Source: Octopus sinensis (taxonomy: Eukaryota). Taken from it: a DNA stretch of 64,000 bases. A program made the translations under genes and the position numbers. Shown here in pieces: positions 12,058-23,579 of the stretch. Each line of letters starts with the position of its first letter. Position 1 is the first letter of the stretch. The DNA lies in assembly GCF_006345805.1 (NCBI RefSeq), contig NC_043018.1, positions 10,540,001-10,604,000 on the forward strand, given 5' to 3'. The notes beneath the pieces were generated by a model. It searched no databases and was not told the origin of the DNA. It saw nothing but the letters and a program-made list of their open reading frames with translations.

Positions 12058-12103
12058 AAATCTGTTACTCTGAGTTTCTCGTTGCCGTTCATCAGACAGT
12101 TTT
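12058..12103 (-). ncRNA. Minimal type I hammerhead ribozyme (left arm)
   Basis: Minus: AAAACTGT-CTGATGA-A-CG-GCAA-CG-A-GAAA-CTCAGA-GTA-ACAGATTT; GNRA loop in stem II, A.A mismatch at its base. Confidence 0.7.
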
Positions 12104-12113
12104 TGTTAGAACA

Positions 12114-12159
12114 AAAACTGTCTGATGAACGGCGATGAGAAACTCAGAGTAACAGATTT
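12114..12159 (+). ncRNA. Minimal type I hammerhead ribozyme (right arm)
   Basis: AAAACTGT-CTGATGA(12122-12128)-ACGGCGATGA-GAAA(12139-12142)-CTCAGA-GTA(12149-12151)-ACAGATTT. Confidence 0.65.
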
Positions 12160-12187
12160 TGTTGAATTTTCTGCTGCTTTAAATAAA

Positions 12188-12239
<52 letters not shown>

Positions 12240-12240
<1 letters not shown>

Positions 12241-12746
12241 TGAGGGTACTACTATTCGTAGATACCACATGCTAAGAGGGACCAATGCGGTCAAAACTAC
12301 TAAAATAAACAAAATTTTACCGAATGCAAAACTTCAAAGCAAATCATTTAAAAAAAGAATTTAGTTACATATCACCTGTGATTTCGCATTTAAATGCAGA
12401 ATATGCATTTTATGTTCATCAGTGCAACAAACTCAAGAAATATAAGAGAAAACATAACATTACAAACACGACAGCCAACCGTAGAATTCGTCGTAGCATG
12501 TACGAATGATTATCTTTACATATCTATGAAAATGGCGGGCTTCTTCGCAATGCATTTCGGTAACAAATTGCTTACTCAGAATAAAAATTCAGTATTGAAC
12601 TATTCCGGTGAAAAATATAAATTAACAATTGAGGATAAAATCTTTAAAAGAAATTATCAGTAGTTAGCGTGAAAAACCTTGTAAGAGAAAAAATCCGTAA
12701 ATTTATTTATATTATATTGAGGGTACTACTATTCGTAGATACCACA
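12240..12746 (-). mobile_element. Candidate non-LTR retrozyme (477-bp unit plus 30-bp terminal redundancy)
   Basis: Perfect 30-bp direct repeat TTGAGGGTACTACTATTCGTAGATACCACA at 12240-12269 and 12717-12746 encloses one HHR; no credible ORF. Confidence 0.55.
12364..12428 (-). ncRNA. Type I hammerhead ribozyme
   Basis: Minus: GTTGCA-CTGATGA-ACAT..AAATGCA/TGCATTT..ATGC-GAAA-TCAC-AG-GTGA-TA-TGTAAC; 6-bp helix I, near-palindromic stem III, ATA triplet; A10.1.C11.1 mismatch. Confidence 0.8.
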
Positions 12747-13150
12747 GGCACTGGCTTGGCTTTGTGGTAAGTAGCTTGTTTACCAACCACATTGTTCCGG
12801 GTTCAGTCCCACTGCATGGCACCTTGGACAAGTGTCTTCTACTATAGTCTCAGGCCAACCAAAGCCATGTGAGTTGATTTACTAGATGGAAACTGAAAGA
12901 AACCTGTTGTGTGTGTGTGTGTGTGTGTATTTGTGTGTGCATGTTTGTGTTTGTCCCTCTGCCATCACTTAACAATCGATGCTGGTGTGTTTATGTCCCT
13001 GTAAATTAGCGGTTCAGCAAAAGGGACCAATACTAGGCTTCCAAAGAATAAGTCCTGGGGTCAATTTCTTCAACTAAAAAACCCTTCAAGGCAGTGCTCC
13101 AGCATGGCTGCTGTCAAATAGCTGGAATGTGTAAAAGAATAAAAGAATAA
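12747..13150 (+). mobile_element. SINE family A (diverged)
   Basis: Head, internal (TG)n and tail similar to the other copies. Confidence 0.8.
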
Positions 13151-13754
13151 AAAAGTATGTATGTGTGTGTTTTGTGTGTGTGGGTGTGTGTGTATTTAAT
13201 GTAAATATATATGTTAGCTTATCTCAGACAAATGAGTGAGGAGTGTTCAATACATGTTGAGGATATGTTTTTTTTTTTACTGAAACCAAAAACCAAGAGT
13301 CTGTCTCACAACTTAAGTTTCATGCCACAGCAATCTCCAAGCAAGAACTGTTACAAGTCAATATTAGTGCTTATGTTTGTTTATTGGCTCAAATTTCGTG
13401 TTTATTGATTGGCTGCTATTTTCCTGGTCTCTTCATCAGTTATTTAAGATTCTTTTAGAGTGAAGTTTGGTATTTGTATTTCTTGAATTGTTGGGGGTAT
13501 ATGTTCAAGTGCTTATGATATATAAATATCTCTTGCTAGTTACTGTCATTTGACTGTGGCCATGCCAGAGCACAGCCTTGAAGAAATTGACCTCTGGACT
13601 TATTCTTTGTAATCCTGGTGCTTATTCTATCAGTCTTTTCTGACAAATCACTAAGTTACAGGGACGTAAACACACCAACATCGGTGTCAAGCGATGGTGG
13701 GGGAGAAACACAGACACAAACAAACGCACATAAATATATACAAATATATGATAT

Positions 13755-14628
13755 GGACCCTGGTTGAGAGCTGCTGCTCTAGATGACGATGATGATGATT
13801 CTCCTGGGGTCACTTGGCCTACTAGAAATAACAGCCAAATCTCTATCTCGTATCACACATCACAACCAACAGCTGTGTGGTTAAGAAGCTCAGCTTGCAA
13901 CCACATGGTTTTATGTTTCATCCCACTCTGTGACTCTTAGAAAAAATAGCATCCAGAGAAGTTTGGGTCAAGTGACATTGTGTGAGTGACATTTGATAAA
14001 TGGAAACTGAGCCGAAGCTTGCCTTGTCCATCTGTCCACCAACACACTCACACTCACCCATCCATCTTTCTCTTTCTTGCTCTGTATTTCTCTCTCTATC
14101 TCTTTCTCTCCACATACTCGCATGCACACACACTCACATATGTATATATGGATACATGGCTGTGTGTATATATATATATATATACACATATATATATATA
14201 TATATACATATATATACACACAGCCATGTATCCATATATACATATGTGAGTGTGTGTGCATGCGAGTATGTGGAGAGAAAGAGATAGAGAGAGAAATACA
14301 GAGCAAGAAAGAGAAAGATGGATGGGTGAGTGTGAGTGTGTTGGTGGACAGATGGACAAGGCAAGCTTCGGCTCAGTTTCCATTTATCAAATGTCACTCA
14401 CACAATGTCACTTGACCCAAACTTCTCTGGATGCTATTTTTTCTAAGAGTCACAGAGTGGGATGAAACATAAAACCATGTGGTTGCAAGCTGAGCTTCTT
14501 AACCACACAGCTGTTGGTTTTGATGTGTGATATGAGATAGAGATTTGGCTGTTATTTCTAGTAGGCCAAGTGACCCCAGGAGAATCATCATCATCGTCAT
14601 CTAGAGCAGCAGCTCTCAACCAGGATCC
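13755..14628. repeat. 874-bp near-perfect palindrome
   Basis: Position p mirrors 28383-p; ~410-bp arms with about 3 mismatches around a (TA)n centre; the ORF track gives the same peptides on both strands. Confidence 0.95.
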
Positions 14629-14703
14629 ACCTCAAGGATCAATATAAGAATTTTGTCATTAAAATTTATGCATAATAAAATTAGTTATACTTTTAAAATG
14701 CAT

Positions 14704-14960
14704 AAAATCATCATCATCATCATCATCGTTTAACGTCTGCTTTCCATGCTGGCATGGGTTGGACAATTTGACTGAGGACTGGCGAACCTGATGGTTGCAC
14801 CAGGCTCCAGTCTGATCTAGCAGAGTTTCTACAGCTGGATGCCCTTCCTAATGCCAACCACTCCGAGAGTGTAGTGGGTGCTTTTACGTGCCACTGGCAC
14901 AAGGTCCAGTCTGGCAACGGCCACGCTGAAATGGTGTTTTTTACATGTCACCTAGTAACA
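14704..14960 (-). mobile_element. RTE-related 3' terminus with (ATG)n tail
   Basis: Same family as 1738-2050. Confidence 0.75.
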
Positions 14961-15002
14961 AATTTTTTTTATATAATTCCCAATAATACATCTTTCTCAT
15001 AT

Positions 15003-16602
15003 TCTTTTATTTGTTTCAGCCATTTGACCGCGGCCATGCTGGAGCACTGCCTTGGAGAGTTTTAATCAAGCAAATCAACTCCAGGACTTTTTTTTTGGTT
15101 TTTTCAACCCTGATACTCATTCTATTGGTCTCTTTTTGCCGAACTGCTAAGTTACAGGGATATAAACACACCAACACCGGTTGTCAAGCAGCGATGGTGG
15201 GACAAACACAAACACAACGACACAAACACATAGATATATACATAAATACATACATATTCATATACATATATATATATATGTATATATATATATATGTATA
15301 TACCTTCCTTCTTGTGACACTTGTGAAGACCTGTTGAGGCAAGTGAAAATCAAATCAAAACAAATCAAAATAGATGAACATCAATGGAATCTGTATCTTT
15401 GTGGTACCAGTGCCGGTGGCACACATGAGAACCATCCGAACGTGGCCGTAGCCAGTTCCGCATCGACCGGCCTCCGTGCTGTGGGCACGTAACAAACACC
15501 ATCCGATCATGGCCGTTCGCCAGCCTCATCTGGCACCTGTGTCGGTGGCACATAAAAACACCTTCCGAAGACCCGGCAAGACTAGTCAGTCCACCTGTGC
15601 ATACCTTCCTTCCTTCTTGTGACACTTGTGAAGACCGGTTGAGGCAAGTGAAAATCAAATCAAATCAAATCAAAATAGACAAAATAGATGAACATCAATG
15701 GAATTTGTATCTTGTGGTACCAGTGCTGTGGCACACAAGAAATCCATCAGTGCCGTAGTCAGTGCGGTGGGCACATGACAAACACCATCCGATCGTGGCC
15801 GTTCGCCAGCCTCATCTAGCACCTGTGTCGGGGCACATAAAAACACCATCCGAAGACCCGGCAAGACTAGTCAGGCATAAACCCATGGCCCCTACCTGGG
15901 ACGTAGTCAGTCCACCTGTGCATACCTTCCTCTTGTGACACTTGTGAAGACTGTTGAGGCAAGTGAAAATCAAATCAAATCAAAACAAATCAAAATAGAT
16001 GAACATCAATGGAATTTGTATCTTTGTGGTACCAGTGCCGGTGGCACGTGGCACATAAGAAAATCATCCGAACGTGGCCGTAGCCAGTACCGCATCGACT
16101 GGCCTCCGTGCTGTGGGCACGTAACAAGCACCATCCGATCGTGGCCGTTTGCCAGCCTCATCTGGCACCTGTGTCGGTGGCACATAAAAACACCATCCGA
16201 GCGTGGCCGTCTGCCAGCCTCGTCTGGCACCTGTGTCGGTGGCACATAAAAACACCATCCGAGCGTGGCCATCTGCCAGCCTCGTCGGCACCTGTGTCGG
16301 TGGCACATAAAAACACCATCCGAGCGTGGCCGTCTGCAGCCTCGTCTGGCACCTGTGTCGGTGGCACATAAAAACACCATCCGAGCGTGGCCGTTTTGTC
16401 AGCCTCGTCTGGCACCGTGGTCGGTGGCACATAAAATCACCCACTACACTCTCGGAGTGGTTGGCGTTTGGAAGGGCATCCAGCTGTAGAAACACTGCCA
16501 GATCTGACTGGACTGGTGCAGCTTTCGGGCTCCCCAGACCCCAGTTGAACCGTCCAACCCATGCTAGCATGGAAAGCGGACGTTAAATGATGATGATGAT
16601 GA

Positions 16603-16647
<45 letters not shown>

Positions 16648-16803
16648 GCTTCTCTTAGTTTCCATCAACCAAATCCACTCACAAAGATTTGATTGGCATG
16701 AGACTGTAGTAGAAGACACTTGCCCAAGGTGCCACACAGTGGGATTGAACCTGGAACCATGTGGTTGGGAATCAAGCTTATTACCACGCAGCAACGCCTG
16801 CAC
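15003..16803 (-). mobile_element. SINE family A split by a nested RTE 3' array
   Basis: 3' half at 15003-15300 and 5' half at 16640-16803, separated at the internal (TA)n. Confidence 0.75.
15301..16606 (+). mobile_element. 5'-truncated RTE copy consisting only of the tandem 3' array
   Basis: Same subunits as 7256-9090 in a different arrangement; ends in (ATG)n; inserted into (TA)n. Confidence 0.85.
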
Positions 16804-16806
16804 CTT

Positions 16807-16892
16807 AAAAATATGGAACACTTCATGAATTTGCGTGTCATCCTTGATTAGGGGCCATGCTAATCTTCTATGTATCGTTCCAATTTTCGTAT
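16807..16892 (-). pseudogene. U6: U6 snRNA pseudogene, 5'-truncated
   Basis: Minus: ATACGAAAATTGGAACGATACATAGAAGATTAGCATGGCCCCTAATCAAGGATGACACGCAAATTCATGAAGTGTTCCATATTTTT; first ~20 nt absent; ACAGAGA box changed to ACATAGA. Confidence 0.93.
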
Positions 16893-17092
16893 TGCAAAAA
16901 ATATGTTGGGATTTTTTAAGGATTGAATGACTCATGAGGTCCAGTAGATTAGAAAAGGAATCAAAAGGGTTCATAGGCAAAAAATGGTGAAGAACCTCTG
17001 GTTTTGAGTTTTATAATCAAAACAATGAAGCAAAACCTTTCTGTTCAAACAATAAGACTGATAAAGTTTTATTCTTATAAATATACAGATAT

Positions 17093-17525
17093 AGGGGCAG
17101 GAGTGGCTGTGTGGTAATAAGCTTGCTTCCGAACCACATGGTTCCGGGTTCAGTCCCACTACATGGCACCTTGGACAAGTCTTCTACTATACTCTCAGGC
17201 CGACCTTGCAAGTGGATTTGTAGACGGAAACAGAAAGAAACCCATTGTATATGTATATATATATATATGCATGTGTTTGTGTGTGTGTGCATGAGTTTGT
17301 GTGTGTGTGTGTTTGTGTGTGTCTGTATTTGTACTCCCACCATTGCTTGACAACAGATGCTGGTGTGTTTATGTCCCTGTAACTTAGCAGTTCAGCAAAA
17401 GAGACCAATGGAATATGTACTAGGCTTACAATAAATAAGTCCTGGGGTAAATTTCTTTGACTAAAACCCTTGAAGGCAGTGCTTCAGCATGGCCGCAGTC
17501 GAATAACTGAAACAAGCAAAATAAA
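17093..17525 (+). mobile_element. SINE family A
   Basis: Full head to tail. Confidence 0.85.
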
Positions 17526-17544
17526 ATAATAATATAATACGCAC

Positions 17545-17950
17545 AAATACTAGAACTGGGCGCCACTGCATAGTGCCAAGGACTCCAAATATGCCATCAA
17601 GATGTAGGACAAGATACTGTGATAGCCTGGGCTTCAGAGGCCCACAGCTCTTCAATATCCTCCCGAAGAACCTGAGAGACCTGCATGGGGTGGATGCAGA
17701 TGTCTTTAAAATAAAGCTGGATCTCTTCCTGTCAGGTGTCCCGGATGAACCAACTTCACGGCAGGAGGTGCAGATGAGGGCAGCTGCATCGAACTCTCTC
17801 ATGCACCAAATGGCAATTGCTAAAAAGCATTCGTGAAGTAAAATCATGTAGCAACACCAAATGGCGGTGCCCCAGCATGGCCACAGCTCGTGAGCTGAAA
17901 CTAGATAAAATAAAATAAATAAATAAAATAAAATAAATAAATACATAAAA
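17545..17950 (+). mobile_element. CR1/L2-group LINE 3' end
   Basis: ORF2 C-terminus GPQLFNILPKNLRD...FKIKLDLFLSGVPDEP...AAASNSL, short 3' UTR, (AAAT)n tail. Confidence 0.8.
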
Positions 17951-18507
17951 TAGGTACCAGTCATATTCTTGGGGACATTCAATTAAGTGCATCTTTTGCC
18001 CATAAACATGTCATCTTCTGTTTCAATGCCAGAGAAATATTATGATTATAGCTGAAAGAAAATTACAGTTTCTCAGACCAGTCTCGAATACAAAAATAGA
18101 ATCCGAAGAATATGGAGAATATGGAGTAAATGACCGATTTATAGATATTGCAACATTGGTTTTGGAACACTCCCAGAAGTATTGAAGAATGTTTTTTCGT
18201 GTTTAAGAAAGAATGTTGCTGTCCAAAGGGGAATTTCCTCCATTGCAAAAATAAAGAATCCATAGTCACATTCTTGCTATGTTCCCAATACTAAGGTGAA
18301 AAGGCTGGTCGAAGTTATTTCGTAACTACTTGGTGGATAGGGGGATAAGCATGGCCTTATGGTAAGAGTGGTTGGGTCATGGTCGCAATGACCTGTGTTC
18401 AATTCTTGGACTGGGGGACACATTGTGTGCTTGAGCAAGGCACTTTATTTCAATGTTACTCCTGTCTGCTCAGTTGAATATGAGTAGCAACAGAGTACTA
18501 GTGTAAC

Positions 18508-18508
18508 C

Positions 18509-18560
<52 letters not shown>

Positions 18561-18846
18561 TTCTCTCTCTCTCTCTGTCTTTCTCTCTTTTCTCTCTCTC
18601 TCTGTCTTTCTCTCTTTCTCTCTCTCTCTTTCTCTCTCTCTCTTTCTCTCTCTCTCTGTCTTTTTCTCTCTCTCTTTCTCTATCTCTCTGTCTTTCTCTC
18701 TTTCTCTCTCTCTCTGTCTTTCTCTCTTTCTCTCTCTCTCTTTCTCTCTCACTCTCTTTCTCTCTCTCTCTCTTTCTCTCTCTTCCTCTCTCTGTCTTTC
18801 TCTCTTTCTCTCTCTCTCTCTCCCTCTCTCTTTCTCTCTCTCTCTC
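18508..18846. repeat. (CT)n/CTTT compound microsatellite
   Basis: Direct reading. Confidence 0.95.
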
Positions 18847-19068
18847 TAGCAGTCATATCTTGAACATGATGCTGGGTCAAGGGTAGGAGGACTAAGAAGG
18901 GGATCAACTCTGTGATAACAAAGGAATCTAAGATCATTAGTGAAGACGTGTTACACATTACCAAGCCATTCTCACTTGCAGACGGTGGCCAGCTTGTTGG
19001 TGGAGAGGTAGATTGTATCTATTTCATGGCATTTTGGATGGTAGATAGATATTTGGCAGAACCATTAG

Positions 19069-19102
<34 letters not shown>

Positions 19103-19107
19103 TGGTG

Positions 19108-19510
19108 TAAGCATGGCTGTGTGGTAAGAAGCTTGCTTACCAACCACATGGTTCTGGGTTCAGTCCCATTGTGTGTCATCTTGGGCAAATGTCTTCTACT
19201 ATAGCTTTGGGCCGACTAAAGCCATGTGAATGGATTTGATAGATGGAAACTGAAAGAAGCCCATTGATATAAATGTGTGTGTGTGTGTGCATGTGTATCT
19301 TTGTGTTTGCTCCTTGCCACTGCTTGACAACAAGTATTGATGTGTTAACATCCCTGTAACTTAGCAGTTCAGCTAAAGGAGACCAATAGAATAAGTACCA
19401 GGTTTAAAAACCAAAAATAAGTGTTGGGGTCAAGTCATTCAACTAAAAATTCTTCAAGGGTGTGCCCCAGCATGGCCACATTCTAATGACTGAAACAAGT
19501 GAAAGATGAA
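19108..19510 (+). mobile_element. SINE family A (diverged)
   Basis: Head, body and tail similarity. Confidence 0.75.
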
Positions 19511-19514
19511 ACAT

Positions 19515-19745
19515 CATCATCATCATCATCATTTAAGATCCATTTTCCATTCTGGTTTGGGTTGGACAGGATCTGGTGACCCAGGGGTCTGTGAGAAGCT
19601 CTGTTGTCAGTTTTGAAATGATTTCTATGGCTGGATGCCCTTCCTAACATCAACCACTTTACAGAGTGTACAGGGTGCCTTTTGTGTGTGTGTGTGTGGC
19701 ACCAGCACTGTGGCAGGGTCACCAAGCAAATTGCAAAACAAAATC
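19515..19745 (-). mobile_element. RTE-related 3' terminus (diverged)
   Basis: CATCATC tail and GGATGCCCTTCCTAAC motif shared with the family. Confidence 0.65.
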
Positions 19746-20021
19746 CCCTCAATTGGAGACCGATTTTTTGCCAATTGATGAGAGGTTGAAAGACTAATAG
19801 AGGGATTGAAATAGGTGTCTTGCCAGAGAAGAGACAGACAGATATCCCACTTTGAGAATTAGGGAGAGAAAGAGAGATTTATCTGTAGATAAACTCAGGG
19901 ATGAAAACAATGCACTGCTAACACAGAAGTACAGTACTGCCATGGCCCTTAATATAGTTGGTAGTATCTTACAGCTGCAAAATGAAATACATGGTCCCTA
20001 CCAGCAATTAGTAAATAAGTA

Positions 20022-20183
20022 CTGTATTTTAACATATATAAGGAACCCTTTTTTGTCAAAAATTAGGTTAAAAAAATATGGGTGTTTCTTATACTTGGAT
20101 AGTATTATAGTCCCTTACAAAACCTTTTCTCCAAATTTTAAACCCCCAAAATTAGGGGGTTCCTTATACACGTTAAAATACTG
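20022..20183. mobile_element. Tc1/pogo-type MITE
   Basis: ~26-bp imperfect TIR CTGTATTTTAACATATATAAGGAACC / GGTTCCTTATACACGTTAAAATACTG with TA flanks. Confidence 0.6.
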
Positions 20184-20359
20184 TATATTTTTTTTATTCT
20201 TTTACTTGTTTCAGGCATTTGACTGCAGCCATGCTGGAGCACTGCCTTTATGGTGAATATATAGGTGGAACATCTATTAACAGGTGATCTATAAGACATC
20301 TATTAACAGGTGATCTATATGAGATACCTAGTCACTGCTAGGTAAACCAGATAGTTCGT

Positions 20360-20700
20360 ACCTCCTTGTGGTACCTATTTACAGTTAGATGTACTCTGCC
20401 TCTCTTTGGTACTGCCTTACAGCCAGGTAGACTGTGTCTTACTCTGGTACCTCCATACAACCAGGAGGTTTGTGTTTCATTGTGGTACCCACATACACTT
20501 GGGTGAAATCTACTTCACTGTGGTACCTACTTACAGCTAGGAGAACTGTGCTTTACTATGGCACCTATTTATAGCTAAGTAGACTCTACCTTAAAAGTGA
20601 TACATCCTCGCAGTTAGATCAACTGTAACTCATTGTGGTCCCTACTTACAGATAGATGGACTCTACCTCACACTCTGGTACTTCCTTACAGCTAAATAGG
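20360..20700. repeat. Diverged ~38-bp minisatellite (~9 units)
   Basis: Recurring TGTGGTACCTAYTTACAGYTAG at ~38-bp spacing. Confidence 0.7.
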
Positions 20701-20714
20701 CTGGCCCTTACCAA

Positions 20715-21000
20715 TACCTGAGACCCCCTTCGGTTACAACACAGACCATGGGATTGCACCTAGAAAGTTGCCCTCCTAGGCACAAGTCTGGGTTAGGTCG
20801 TTTATGGAAGACCAGCAGTCGCCCATATATACCAGCCTCCTCTCTCCATGCCACCAGTGTTATCTAGGGGAAGGGCAAAGGCCGACACAGCTTGGTACCT
20901 GTGATGTTGCAACTCATTTCTACAGCTGAGTGAACTGGAACAACGTGGAATAAAGTGTCTTGCTCAAGAACACAACACACATCCCGGTCCAGGATTCAAG
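20715..21000 (-). mobile_element. tRNA-headed SINE (family C-like head)
   Basis: TACAGCTGAGTGAACTGGAACAACGTG...CTTGCTCAAGAACACAAC...CCCGGTCCAGGATTCAA resembles 51366-51590 and 56140-56370. Confidence 0.6.
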
Positions 21001-21275
21001 CTGTCACTAATGGGTTAAGCTGACATAATATCAAAGACATCCAGCTCTATTGCGTGACTTTTAGAGGACTCCTACAATTTTTTGTTACAAGTCCCATCCC
21101 TTCAATCAAAATTCATAATCTTTGCACCTTTATTCATAGCTATATTTTACTTTATTCTTTCTGAAGTTCAATATTTCACATTATCCTAAAGAACATCTTT
21201 AAAAGTACAAGTTAAATTTATTTAGTAAAACTTCCAGATATGAATAAAAGAGCACTTTTATAATCCAGGCAACTT

Positions 21276-21380
21276 TCAAAGACAAACACGATGCACTTTT
21301 CGCTTCGCAAAATCATTGATCAGTTCAGCTGAGGGTTAAGTTCATGTTCAAATGATATCATAGGCAACCCACAAAGTCTG
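21276..21380 (-). pseudogene. hAT transposase C-terminal remnant
   Basis: Translates with one frameshift as RLCGLPMISFEHEL / ELINDFAKRKVHRVCL*, like the tail of the hAT dimerisation region. Confidence 0.55.
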
Positions 21381-21597
21381 GTACACGTTCATGGTACAAC
21401 ATGATATTTTTACAAGAACTTTTGCAGGTACAATGTATTGCCATTTTATTTCATAGATAGCTTAATTCTTGTTCAGCATCTTAACCAAAGTAGATAGATG
21501 ACTCATCTATGTACTTTGATCTTAGAAGTGGGGTCCCTCATTGGTGGAGGCCCCCTGCAACAGCAGGGGTTGCAGGGGCTTAGTAATGGCCCTAAAG

Positions 21598-21816
21598 CAG
21601 TGCTTTTCAAACTTTTTGCTGGAGCGGAACCCCAAGGAAACATTCCACTGGCTCAAGGAACCCCTTTGCAATAATCTAATAGTCTTATGCACACATATCT
21701 GCACAGGAGAATTAAAAATTACTGCCGATTTTAGCAGTTTTGTAACTTCTTGCGGAACCCCTGGACTGTACTGGCGGAACCCTCAGGTTCCGCGAAACCC
21801 TGGTTGAAAACAACTG
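21598..21816. mobile_element. hAT MITE
   Basis: TIR CAGTGCTTTTCAAAC / GGTTGAAAACAACTG; perfect 8-bp TSD CCCTAAAG (21590-21597, 21817-21824). Confidence 0.9.
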
Positions 21817-22319
21817 CCCTAAAGACATCAAAGCTATAACCACCTCATACTACTAAAAGCTTACTATACTAGATCACCCAACAAGCTAGCCCTTCCCAAA
21901 TTTAAGAGAATAAGATTCGACATTCAAGGTAGGTTTGCCTGCTATTTCCAGCATGTCCAACAAGAGCCTCCCTGCACAGAGTTTCCCACGTTGGCGTTAA
22001 CACAGACACAATGTAATACAATAATGCAGAGCCAGAGTTTCTTTGAAGCAGCAACCATTTCAGTTCTTATCAAAGACTTCCTAGACATCAATGCAGTATT
22101 ATGAAGGACATTCCATTAGTTGTGTTCAACACAATTACAATGGCACAGCTGACTGTCACACACGACACCGGTCCTTTATCGCTAAACTATTTATTATCTC
22201 ATTTAATACAATCAAAACAATACTCATTCACCGAGGCACGGGATTATTCGCCCTTTGTTCTGCTCTGCCTCTTTCTCTTTCTCTTTCTCTTTCCTCTCTG
22301 CTGTTCTTTCCTTCTTTCT

Positions 22320-22502
22320 TTACTTCAATTGCACACACACACACACACACCATATGCATATACACATACATACACGCCCAGACAAATGCATTCACACACA
22401 CACACCTACGCATATATGTACATATACATATCTACATTCCTACCTATGTATATACATATATATGTATGTATATAAGTATATAAGTGTGTGTGTGTGTAAG
22501 TG

Positions 22503-22543
<41 letters not shown>

Positions 22544-22575
22544 TGTATGTATGTATATATAGGTATATATATGTA

Positions 22576-22624
<49 letters not shown>

Positions 22625-22761
22625 ATGTATGTGTATATAATATATACACACTCCCACTAGACTATTAACTAAAATTGTATTATTAAATAATTAAAAAATA
22701 ATTAAACTGATTACAACTACCAGTGAAGTCATTCTTCTTTTTTCAAATTTATATATATAAT

Positions 22762-22828
<67 letters not shown>

Positions 22829-23548
22829 ATGTATATAAATGTATAAGTACATGCGTATGTTTGTATATATATATATATATATGTATGTATATTAATATGT
22901 GTCTGTGTGTGTGTGTGTGAAATATAATAGTATATAATATATATATACATACNNNNNNNNNNNNNNNNNNNNNNNNNNNNNNNNNNNNNNNNNNNNNNNN
23001 NNNNNNNNNNNNNNNNNNNNNNNNNNNNNNNNNNNNNNNNNNNNNNNNNNNNGGGTGGTGGTGGTGGTGTGGGGTAGTGGTGGTGGTGGTGGTGGTGGTG
23101 GTGGTGCAGCGCTGTGCTGATAGGAGTGGCAGTTGTAGTGGCTGTAGTGATGATGATGATGCTGCTGCTGCTGGCTGGTGGTGCTGCTGATGGTAGTGGT
23201 GGTGGTATAGTCGTGGTGGTGACAGTGGTGGGGTGATGATGATGATGACCTGCAACAATGACGGTGATGATGATGTTGATGGTGGTGATGATGATGTGTA
23301 TTATAATGAGGAGGAGGAGGAGGAGGAGGAGGAGGGGGATGACAACAATGATAATGATGCTGATGGTGGTGGCAGTTTTTGGTGTTGCTATGGTGGTAGC
23401 GATGTTGGCGGGACAATGGTCATATTTATTATTCCTTCGGATATACTATTTATAATATATATAAAAAACACAGAAAAGAGAAAATTTGCAGGAATTTGAC
23501 ATACATCTTCACAGGAAACCACCACCACCACCACCACCACCACCACCC

Positions 23549-23579
<31 letters not shown>

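Larger units (their letters stand above)
11960..12193. mobile_element. PLE-like terminal remnant with a ~170-bp palindrome
   Basis: Arms 12024-12107 and 12110-12193 around a 2-nt centre; the few mismatches are G-U compatible; each arm carries an HHR; flanked by (TA)n. Confidence 0.75.

Noticed and set aside
13433-13439. Other isolated CTGANGA hits (also near 33948, 38401, 43428, 52453, 54297)
   Set aside because: No closed stem II plus GAAA, NUH and helix I; expected by chance.
21945-22104. ~50-codon open frame after a TTTCCAG acceptor-like site
   Set aside because: No recognisable similarity and no partner exons.
22953-23052. Apparent sequence transition from (TA)n to (GGT)n
   Set aside because: It is a 100-N scaffolding gap, so adjacency across it is not evidence of anything.
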